From Phallusia mammillata (lineage: Eukaryota), in NCBI GenBank assembly GCA_965637545.1, contig OZ281497.1:17050001-17114000 (forward strand): DNA of 64,000 nucleotides, written 5' to 3'. Positions 1 through 11,400 of this stretch are shown in pieces; position 1 is the first letter of the stretch; the number at the start of each line of letters is the position of its first letter. Below the pieces are notes generated by a model. It saw only the letters and a list, made by a program, of their open reading frames with translations. It searched no databases and was not told the DNA's origin. The position numbers and the translations under genes were made by a program.

Positions 1-6
1 GTGCGT

Positions 7-3000
7 TCATCTTCGGTGACGTTCGCTCCTGTGCGACCTCTCGCGGCTGTCTTTGTGCCTGTGCAATAAACAGAAATCGTAAGAATTCCCAATTTAACGT
101 TTTGATAATCATTTTTGAACAGAAACATATACTTTGCAGTGAAACATCCTTAAGATGACAAACAACGAACGTGCAATGTTTAAACCAACTTGGCCACAGA
201 AGTTGGACCGTTTTCGGAGCATACAATTTCACGTAAGATATACGAAACCCTAAAAAACAAAGATTTCATTTACTTTTTAGACGATTTTTCTCTCCTGCGT
301 TGGTTGAGAGGATTTCGGGGATCAGAGATGTCAAACCGATCTTCAGTTACTTCCCGATTCACGTCTTTGGCGTCGCGAAGCTCGGTGGTGTGTTTTAGGC
401 GGTGAAGCAACCTGCCACAAAAAAGCTAATAAACTTCAAGAAATTTGCGCATGACAATACAAAAATCAAGGTAGTTTCGTTTTGCCGGTGTTGCGCCTTA
501 TGTTACAGTTAAAACCTAATATTTAGACTTACGACGTACAGCTTGAAAGGTATGTGTAAAGGCCATTGCTGATAAAGGCGTCTGACGTCGAAACGTCGGG
601 GATTTTACAATAACTATCTGCTGAAAGAGCAATACTTTTTAATACAGTATGCCTTACAGCAAACATTTTTTTGTGTAAAAGAAGGTTTTATTGAATTAAA
701 GTATTTTGGATCGCTTCTCGCAACACATGTTGTCATTTAGCGCATTCACACACCATCCTGAATCGTCCTCTTCATCCTCCAGCTCCTGATCTTTGTCTTC
801 CACTTCTTCATCTTTGCCATCATGATTCTCATCCTCCCATCCAGCCTCTTCCCGCATTGAAAACATCTTCGTCTTAAAGCTGTTTAACATTTCCAGCGTC
901 TGCGAAATAATACAGAAAAATGTATTTTTTCAAGCAGATGACAGGTATTTGAATGTTGAACAACTACGCAGGTTAACATTCATACAGTTTATGCCAGTGG
1001 TTCCCAACCTTTTTTGTCCTGTGCACCCTTTTCGTCGATATTCAAATCTAATTACCCCCTAGAAATTTAGTTTGCTAAAATATCGTTTACATTAACATTT
1101 TAATGTAATTCTTAGAACAGAAGTCAAACTTTTGGCATTGCTGCCTTAAATCGATTATATGAGAAATTTCTTTTTCTCGGCTCATATATGACAAATGCAG
1201 CAATAACACACAGCATAGACAACCAGTAAGAGATTAATATTGTGACACAAATTCACCCCTGGTGGGGAACTACTGGTTTATGCGGTGATATTTTTAACGA
1301 AATATAGGAAAAGATTGAAATACAGTAATGCTTTCTAGACAGGCCAGAGGTTTTTGTTTAATGGATTACACAAGGGGTCTGCAGCAAGTCAAATCCTGGT
1401 TGCAAGTCAAATGTTTGTGGCGGTTTAATACGGCTCTGGACTTTCAAGTGAGAAAAAATAGCATCTTACTGCACTTTCTCTTGACGAGCCCTTTTCTGTG
1501 TTCTTTGACGTCTTTTCTCTATATTTCTTTTGCTGTTGCTTGTAGTCAGCATAAAGCGGGTTCGAGTTGTCTTCCTCTGAAAAGTGTAACAAAGTGCCAT
1601 TGACGTTACAGCAATGCTTATCGAACTGTGTTCCACGAGAGATTCGTAGTTTTTAAGTGCACGCTTTTCTTTGGTGTTTTAAGAATTACGAAATCCAGGC
1701 GGACTTTTAAAACAACGTTTAAAAGCGCATAGTTTTAGTATTCACGAAAGGAAACCTTAGTCATCACAATAAAGTTTGGAAATAAACTTTCTTTCAACAA
1801 CATTCGTTATGTTGAGCTGCAAACTGTGCCATGGACTGAAAATTTAGTTTGTTAATGTGCCGCCCTAAACATTTTGAGAACCACTGACCTACAAGATTCT
1901 AGCTTCAAAAGCAGTTTGGGCATATATAACATTGATATTTTAAACTAAGTGTTTTGAGTAAGTCCAACTCACCATCATCGCCGCTAGAATCACTTGCACG
2001 TTTGTCATCTTTCTGTAACGCTTCCAGGCCCCTTCTACGTGATTTAAGAATTTCTCGCGCAAGACGTTTTGACTCTTTTTTCAATTCTTCACTATCAACA
2101 CCAATGTTTCTGTTTAAGCTCAATTAACCATTACACAAATACAGTCTATGTACAAACCTTTTATCCTCCTTTCCAAAAGATTCATTTTCTGCCTGTTCTT
2201 CAGTCTAACAAACAATAAGGATTAAAATACAATAGAAATTTTAATTGGTAAAACAAAAACAACTACCTTTAATTTCTTGTTTTCTGCATGTTTGGATTTC
2301 AGTTTGTCCTTAATTCTTTGCATTCTTCCAGATTTTGCCTCTTCACCTGAGGATTCTGAGTCACCACTTGAATCTTCACTATCCTGTTTTGTGCAATGAG
2401 TAGGTTTGACATTGTTGGTAAAAAAACAAAAGTCAAGCCTGTACATACACTTTCACTAACTTCATCATGCTTCCTCTTTTCAATTGTGCTCTCCTCAGCC
2501 TCTATAGCTGGCCGTGCACTTAGTTTAGGATCATTCAAAACATCGTGGCTACTTTTGCTTTTTTGTCCAATGTTCTAGAAATTAAAATTGCACAAAATAT
2601 TTTTTGCAATTATGGAACAACTGTATAAACATAATGTTTTTTGAGCAAAAAAATCAGAGCCATTTGTGTAGAACACGATGTTTCGACAAGTGCTATTGTC
2701 ATAATCAGGTTATAAGAAATAAAAACAGCAGAAGGCATGCAACTAGGTGACGCACAAAGGTAAAAAAAGGGTGACACAAAGTAAAAGGTAAAAGCAATTA
2801 AACGGAGATAAAATAAAACGCACGCGGAGGGTGCAAATACACTTTCTCTTGATTTTTTTGCTTAGATTATTCAAAACTGTGAATAGTGTACATAATGTTT
2901 TTTGTTCTGAACTGTGTAAACATAAAAATGCACCTCATCAAACTGTTTTGTTTCAATTTCTTCTTCCTCAGCTTCTTCCCCGAAAGATAGAAGTTTAAAA

Positions 3001-4315
3001 TCTCTGCAACAAAATAATAACATGCTTGTAATTTTAGACTTTATGTATAACAGAGTTAAATTTGAGTCAACCTACTTGGTTGCTTTCATTTGACTTTTCT
3101 TCTTCTTTTTGTTTCCAGCCTTCTCTTCCAGTTTTTGCTTGTCTACTCTTGGTTCTATGTCATCAAATGGGTTTGCCAAAACCTATAAATAAGTAAAATG
3201 TAATTGTCAGATCACTGAGTTTGTCACAGTGTTTAAATTCTCGGAAGTTTTTACTCCATATTCACTTCATATTTTTCAAAAATTGAATAATAATCTTTTC
3301 CCCAACATAACAGGTGTTGACGTAAATACATAGCATCTAAATAACTTGCTCATAAGCAGGCACTACCAGCTGGTTTGAAAGGATATTACCTATCATCATT
3401 TATTAAAACACCATTATTCATTTAAAATCACATAAACAAACTGTTAGTTGGAAGTTTGAATATTAAAACTGTCAGCATATAACACAGCATGGTTTCAACT
3501 TGTACCTTGGTCCATTTAATAAATGGAGGGTTAATAGGACGTTCATCACCAGTTGTCCCAACTTCACCAAGTCGAACAAGATTGTAGACTGTATCCCCTG
3601 TTACCTAAAAACAAGTAACAATCTTTTTACAATATTTGAAACACTGTATAAATACATTATGTTTTTGAAATCGTCCACTGAATATTACCTTGCCAAATAT
3701 GGTGTGTTTCTTATTTAAATCATTACATGGGCCAAGGGTGAAAAAGAATTGACTTCCATTATCATCTGGACCTGAATTTGCCATGGCAACAAGACCTCTT
3801 CGAACAAATCGCAACCTTGAGTGAAACTCATCCTGATATAAAACATAGACTGTGTTTACACTGATACACACACAAATACATTCAATCTGCTCAGATTGTA
3901 CCTTAAATGGTTTTCCAAATACAGATTCCCCACCCTGACCAGTACCAGTTGGGTCACCTCCTTGCACACAAAAGTTTGGGACAACTCGATGAAAAATTAC
4001 ATTGTTGTAGTATCCTTGTGAATGACAAATGGGGAATATTAAAATCTTTGACCAGACTGGGGCATCATAATCATAATCAAATTAGAAACAGAAAATGTAA
4101 CTGTCATAAGTTAAATTAGCACTTTTGACAACATTTTGTGATTTTTTATTAGTGCTAAATAACTGTTGTTAATCACCTTCCAAACATAGCTGCACAAAGT
4201 TGCGGCATGCTATTGGTGCTTCTTTTGACCATAGTTCAACATCTATATCACCCATAGAAGTATGAAGTAAAACCTTTCCAAATGTACTTGGTTCTTTAAT
4301 GTAAATGTTACTCAT
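7..4315 (-). CDS. CWC27: Spliceosome-associated cyclophilin CWC27, 14 coding exons, about 513 aa
   Basis: Phase-consistent GT-AG exons: 4177-4315, 3902-4014, 3689-3832, 3506-3604, 3076-3182, 2934-3003, 2449-2574, 2267-2383, 2158-2204, 1973-2109, 1470-1576, 754-899, 274-411, 7-58. Diagnostic peptides: MSNIYIKEPSTFGKVLLHTSMGDIDVELWSKEAP, QGGDPTGTGQGGES, NGSQFFFTLGPCNDLNKKHTIFGK (acidic residue where cyclophilin A has Trp121, as in CWC27), FKLLSFGEEAEEEE, KSKSSHDVLNDPKLS, EELKKESKRL, DRFDISDPRNPLNQRRRE. Confidence 0.95.
995..1275. mobile_element. Non-autonomous hAT MITE (Buster-like) in a CWC27 intron
   Basis: Imperfect TIRs CAGTGGTTCCCAACC ... GGTGGGGAACTACTG, flanked by an exact 8-bp TSD GTTTATGC (987-994 and 1276-1283). 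No coding capacity. Confidence 0.9.
1609..1886. mobile_element. Degenerate hAT-type MITE in a CWC27 intron
   Basis: Right end TTGAGAACCACTG (to 1886) matches the TIR family of the other MITEs. The left end is degenerate and its boundary approximate; no clean TSD. Confidence 0.45.
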
Positions 4316-6516
4316 ATTGCAGATTTTACCAGAGAGAAGATATGCAACTAGTTTTGTACAAATGAAAATGTTTTTCCTGCCAGTTGATGTGATGTTCAAT
4401 TAATAGAACCTAATCAATGATCAAATTAAAGTCACAAACCCATCTTAACAAAACATAAAATACCAAGAAATGTACTGGATTTTCGACTACGTGCAAGCAT
4501 ATAGCAGCTCGCTGTTATATAGTCGTCGTAGATAAAAATCAAAAGGTAACATTTTTTCTGTTTTGTAAACTCGCTTTTGTAAATTAACTCCAGCGCGCAA
4601 ACACTGCTCGAAGGGGAATCACCTGCACATTTGGGAAAGATGTTTACTCTGCCCTCATTGTTTTGTACCGAATATTATTTGACCACCAATGCATAGTTTA
4701 AACAAATACTACAACTGTTTGCATTGCAAATTATTTTTACTAAATACTAGACTTTTTCTTATCAGTACTTTCGTCATCAAATTTTTGTTTGAGGTGACGA
4801 TAACCTAAATGCATTAAAAACAACACCGACATAGTCAGTTTCATTCTTCAAATCCAATCGTGACAATCATTCATTTTTTACTTTCATTGAGAACTATAAT
4901 CGATTATATCGAGTATGAGACCCGCAGATTATTACCCTGATTAATGCCGGCTGCTGGCCGAAAACAGCCAGAGATTTCTACAATTATCTGAAGAAGTTTC
5001 CACTCATTTGTATATGTACTATTTATTAAAAGCAAACAACAAAAACAACAACATGGCATCTATTCAATGTGACGACGAATTGTGGGCGCGATGGTAGAAC
5101 AAAAAATACAGTCATTAGAATAAGAGGGCTTGCAAAAAATAATCTGAACAAGAAATACGACGACATATGCTGAAACGTGCGGCTGTGAAAAATCAAAAGC
5201 CGAAAAAATAAAGAGGTGCGCAAAATAAGTGAGGAATGAGTACAGAGAAAGAATAAAATGAAAACTTTTCAAAACAATGTTTAATAGTGGTTACTGTTGG
5301 TTAATTAAAACTAGTTAACAACATGTTGGGAAACAACTTGCTATTTTATATGATTTATTAAAGACCCACACAATAGACCACTAATAGGCCTATCTTAAAA
5401 TCCTCCACCCTAAGTTTTTCAACAGTTCAGTTTGTGAGAAGAATTGCGGTGAAGGCTTTATGCTGACATCAGCATCTTCAAGTCGTTTTGCGCTTGTCGA
5501 AATTCGAAAAAGGGTAAAAGGCGATCGCACACAACACAACTCGTACAGTGAGGGGCGGTGGACAGAATTTTATCACAAGCGACGCAAGAAAAACAAAAGT
5601 TGGCGAATGTCGACAAGCAATAAATAGTGCACTACAGAATAGGGGTACGCACAATTACCTAGTTCCTACACATCCACACAAGTAAAAAATGGGCTTCGTT
5701 GGGTTTTTCAAAAAATATTTTTGCTTCAACTTGCAACAATTTTAGTCTTGCTAAAAATACGTTGAAAAGTGTAATTTTGACTTCACTTTTAACTTGAACA
5801 ATGCCTGATGGAGGTTAAAGCAAGTGCAACAGCTTTGCACCTGACCAGGATTAAATAGATGGGAACAATTGTGGGAATAAAAGGGTGATCGTCGAGCAAC
5901 AAACAAAAGACAATTATTTAGAAAGGTGTAAAATCTAAGAAAAACGAATTGTCCTGTTCCATTTCTTTCTGTTGAGCATGAAACCCAAAGTCTACAGCAC
6001 AAATTATTTGACTTCAGATGTCTTGATGCTCATAAAACAAAAGAAACAGAAAAGGAATTTCGTCATTCTATGGTGGTTGTTATCCTAAGAGCGACACAGT
6101 ATCGCAATATAGAAATAATAATAAAAAACTACACCGCACACAATACCTTTTCCCTTTTGGAAAAGTGACAACATGATGACGATACTGTGTGATATGAACA
6201 GTTACGCACTAGTGTAAGTGATCAATTGCAATAACGGTGATATCAAAGATTTGTAAAGTGTTTAAGTGGGTGGGGCGAACAAATCGTACCATAAGTAAAA
6301 CACAACTCCTGTACGATTTGCCACAGTTACATAAAAACAACATTCCAAACTACATGACGGAAATACGTCAAAGCCACCTTGGACATTTTTTTATCCTTAG
6401 GCGGGGCCAACTTTTATACCCATATTAGGAAACAGGCAGTTTTGAGCGCAGTCTTAAACGCCGTCCCTTATTCCGGAGCGTAGCGATGTTTTTGCGTCCG
6501 GGTCAGCAGAGTGAGA

Positions 6517-8473
6517 TCACCGGTCACGGCAGGAACGCAGGCTGGGTGTGTTGAGGGCGTCGTCCTTAAAGCTTACAACCTCACCATGGATCTTAAAGGT
6601 CGACACACAACCGACAAACGAGTGGAAAAATGATTTGTAGAGGCCGACGCCTCTGGGTCGATAGTCCACACCACCTAAAAACAAAGCAAAGCGCGTTTTA
6701 TTTTCGTTTCGAAGAAAAGGTGAATGTTATTGCAGCGTATTGAACCTAGATTTAGTAATTGCATCCGTTTAAACTCCATAACATTGTAATGTTGCGGAGC
6801 TGTTTTCAGTTCGATAATTGTTTTAGTGCAATTGTGCAATTTTGTGTTTGTCTTTATTGCATAAAATATTTCTTACACATATGCTAATGAAGAAACATTG
6901 AAAATGCATGCACAAGGGCAGAATTCAGTTAGGCTATTGCTTACCGATCCAAACATTTCCATCTGTGTTCAGTTCCCGGGTATTTCCCTGCGCTACAACC
7001 TCTTGTGGTATTCCGTTATCGACGCTCAGCGTGGCTTTGGCGAATTTTCTGTATGTGCAAGTTGGGTTTTAGCAAAACAATGCTCCCGAATCAAGCCAAT
7101 TTATAATATACTTTAATAGATCGCACCTGTCCACTTTGATGGTGTGGAAACTGTTGTCGTTAATTCGCTCTTCCGAAATAAGGTGAGCAGGACCAGAACC
7201 GAGGTTAAATCGCAAGTGGACTCGTCCGTCGCTAATAGTTACAGCCAAGTAATCATGGTTGTCGATCGCCTTGCCGGCCATGAGCAGCAGACCGTGACGC
7301 GCAGTGGTGCGTATCACAAGCTCGAAGCGATTATGGCGAGTTGCTCGACTCCTTAAATAGAAAGAGTGTTAAGAAAGGAGGTTAACTAAATGAATTGGAT
7401 TTGGGCAAGTGGGAAAAAGTAATGTATTGGTTGAATGGTTCATATAATTTCTAAATGAACTCAGATACCCATGCACTGATGACGTTTGTTTTTCCACAAA
7501 AAGTTTTAAATTTTGAAACAAAGTCTATGATTTAGAGACATATACGTTGTATGCTTTGCTGCAGAAACCACTACAAACGCATAGTTTTGTAAGTTTTCAA
7601 CATAACACAATGCATGAAAACGTACTTAGGGGCAAAAGACAATGCATGCCGATTAAGAACAACAAAATCATGTTGATTTTGTAAATTTGTGGTATATGAC
7701 ATGGAATGTACTTAAACAAAAACTACATTTAAGAAAAGGAATCGGAAACTAAAACAAAAAGTTTTTGTAGAGCATAAAGTGTGATGACAAAACAAGAAAA
7801 CATTTCGAAGTTTTAAATATTGATCAAGTTATGTGGACAAAATGATTTCAATGACTGTTAGAATGAAGACACATTAACTGGTTAGTTTCCAAAAACACTC
7901 GTCTTACATTGGAGTGAAGGCCCTGCAAAAACGACAATAGATAGAAAATTGTCACCAGTTGTAGTAAACCTGTTTAACTTGTAGTGAAAATGTAGTTTTA
8001 ACAGTTAACTAACAATAAATAAATTACTTTGACCACGATTTGATGAATGATGAGCGACTGATGGCATGAATACTTACATTGGAATAAAATTGTTTTTGCT
8101 CTCTCTTGCGGGTGGCAAGAAAAAAGTAAATTAGATAAGGATTTAAGTTAAAAATGTCAAGATCTCTACCAATTTCCATTGCACTATATTTTCGCACCTA
8201 AGTTCTGACAGTCTAATCTGGAGGTTACTATAACGCATACGTTTACCCATCATTACTTAACACAAAATACGATTAAAACAGAAAAAAACGTTTTAAAAAT
8301 TTACGAACGGTCATGTTATTCTTAGTATTTAAAATGCAAAAACTTTAAACAAAATGTAACTTACTTTTCCTTCACTGCATTCCTGTACATTGCCACCACC
8401 TTCCCGTCGAAGTAAACCGCCGACGCCGCTTCATCGCGTAATACATTGACTGAACTTGTTCTTTCAGATGCCC
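6517..8473 (-). CDS. AGRN: Agrin LG3 domain exons
   Basis: AVYFDGKVVAMYRNAVKEK / SRATRHNRFELVIRTTARHGLLLMAGKAIDNHDYLAVTISDGRVHLRFNLGSG ... LNTDGNVWIGG ... FVGCVSTF ... SC; TGA at 6517-6519. Confidence 0.92.
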
Positions 8474-11400
8474 CTGTTTGAACAACAACATAAAAAACTT
8501 TAAAGTCAAGTTATTGATTTGAAACGTATGAAAAGGACTTAACGGAACAATCGTCATTTTTGTTTTTGTTTTTTAACTGAAAAAGTTTCTGTTTATATGA
8601 TTTGGGCTAACTTCCGTAATATGGACCAGACTTATATTCTTGCAAGTATGCATTAACGGGCAAAAACGGACTTCACTTACACTATAATACAAAGCCAATT
8701 TGACCAAACCGCGAATATTCGGTACAATTTTTTCAAAAGAATGGTAAAATCAATGATGGAAAATGGGTTAATTATAAATTGCATTACAAATTTGATTTTT
8801 ATTTCAACTTACGTTCGTCGCAACGGGAACCGGCGTAACCCTCTGCACACAAGCAGGTGAACTCGGCTTTACGGGGATAACACGTTCCACCATTCTCACA
8901 AGGTTTATGATAACACGCATGTGCATTGAAGGGCTGCACATTCCACTGCGCAACTCCGCCACCAGGAGTCAGAGACAGCGATATCCCGTTGACTTCAAAC
9001 TACAAACATAAACACTTTGTTACTCCGAAATATCGACACAAACATCGTTTCATTAGTGGGTGGTAACATTGTTGCCAAAATATGAAATCAGACAGGTATG
9101 TTTATTTATTTCCAGTCAGCAACCTGGAAAAATAGTAACAAAGAGAAATGTGCCGTAAACAAAAAAAGCTTAAGCAAGGACAAAAAAAGCAATCATTTCA
9201 CAATTTTTCAAAAATCGGCAGTTTTCTTTTTTCCTTTTCGTTACAAAGCCCCTGTTTGAAGTGTGAATCAAAGTGCAGTCATTTTTCCTCCTATGTGCCA
9301 ACAATTTTGCGTTGAGTAAAAAAATCTTTTTATCTTCATTTTTTTGTTTAAAAAAAATCGTTTTATCTTTATAACTTACCTTTTGTAAGGCTCCAACAAG
9401 GCCAGTTGTAATCCCGGTTGCTTTCGGTATCTTAGTGTAGTCAGGAACTCCACCCAGATATAAAGGTTGGTCCACGTTCAACTCAGAGTGGAGATTCTGT
9501 CGCAATAAAAATAAAATAAAAATGTCAATCCCTGTCAGCAGATAAGTGATAAACTCAGCTCAGCCGAGGCATATCCTGAAAAGCCTTTCGTTCTGGAACT
9601 TACCCAATGCTTCATATACCATTTGCGCTAGCGTGAAAAAGCATAAAAATTCAGTTAAAATGTGTCAACTGAAACACATTTATACCACAACAATCTCAAA
9701 AAACATCGACATAACCACGACATCAAGTATGTATTACCAACGGCAGCAAGCATGTCGAAACAACATTTTGTAACCAAATGTCTTGAGTATATATTATTAT
9801 CACTAATGCATGACTTTGACGTGCACAATTTTCACGCTTCTGTGCATCGTTTTTAAATGTAAAACAACAGCGAAACCACATAAGACACTAATACGGCAAA
9901 CGAACCTTGTTTTTCACGGACGTGCGAGCTTTCTGTGATATATAACATTCAGAGGTGAAAATCTACCGATTACCGGATGTCCCCTATCCTTAAGTACTAT
10001 AACTTATAATATAGTCTATAAGCTACCCTATTGACAATATAAAGCCCATAAAATAAAACTATCGCTGAATAAACGTGTTATGGAATGGCTGTGAACTTAC
10101 CGGTGACGTTCCCTGGACTGTAGGTCCGTTGTCAATTGACATCTCACCATGACGATTCTCACGTGACAATCGAACCACGTGCCACTCGTTGAGGCCAACC
10201 GGTGACGCACTCCTAATACATTAAATGTGGAATTAGTTGAGCTTACCTAAATGCCTTTTAACAAACGATGCACTCTAGTAAAGTAATACACCTATTTTAT
10301 TTATTTTCAAGTTACCTTATTTTTGCCAACCCCTGTCCAAGATCGTACATGTATACAAGATATCCGTCTTTGAGGTTAAGAGCTACCAAGTCTCTCCTAC
10401 TCTTGCCCTCCTTCTGTTGATCGTTGTAGAAAATCAAACCTGGGCATAAAAGGTCTTACACATTAGATATTTGGCTTTGCCCGCGCTCTTGGGTGCTCTA
10501 TAGGGCAGCAGTTTTGTTCTACTTTTTCTTATCTGTAGCAAAGGTGTTATTATCAATGCATGTTACACAACATTGAAGAACTGGGATCTAACTATTGACT
10601 TTATAAGAAATGTGAAATTATGAATAAACTTGAACTGACCGTCGGGTTGACTTGAATAAAACAAAACTTCCACCGACATTGACGAAGCGACGTCACTGCT
10701 CAATGGTTCAAACTGCAAGTAGGAATCCTCGGCAAACGCAGGCATGTAACCGGGACCACCCAAGTCAAGTTCGGCTGTAAGAAAAAACAATACAACTGCT
10801 AATCCATACCCACATAAGTAATGCAGTGGTTCGTGGCTCGGTACCAAACTACACATATTGTAAGCTAATACAAAAAATCGAAGAAATTGGCTAGCAACGT
10901 TAGTATGATTTGTATTGTGAGACGTAAAGCGGATTTTGGCAACAAATAAGTTTAACACGGAGTTCTACGATTTTCATTTTGTCGTGAACACTCTAACTTT
11001 GTCACCAATTTCAAAAGCACAACGACTTTCGCTTTGCAAAGATAAACTTTTGCGACAAATTTTAAACATTGGCCTAATTAGATTTTTATGTACTTACATA
11101 TAGAACAGACACCTTACATTAAAATAACAGCAAGTTACTCAAACAAAACAGTTTAAACTCACAATCCATACAAAGGGATCCGGACCTTCCAGGCGGACAC
11201 ACACAAGTGTAACCGTCACCATTTTCACTCCTCACACATGTTGATGACAAGTGACACTGATGGGCGATACATGGATCTTTCGGTTTCTTTGTAACAGGTT
11301 GTTCACATGTGGGTCCTGCATTAAACGACAGTGTTTCGTTATACCGCATCGAGAGCATTTCTTAAAAGGTTTACGAAGAAATCTTACCTTCGAATAATCC

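Noticed and set aside
4316-6516. Agrin-CWC27 operon with trans-splicing
   Set aside because: The genes are on the same strand and an acceptor lies about 33 nt before the CWC27 ATG, but 2.2 kb separates the CDSs, with AATAAA candidates near 5020-5360 and a plausible cis donor near 4624. An independent promoter is the simpler reading.
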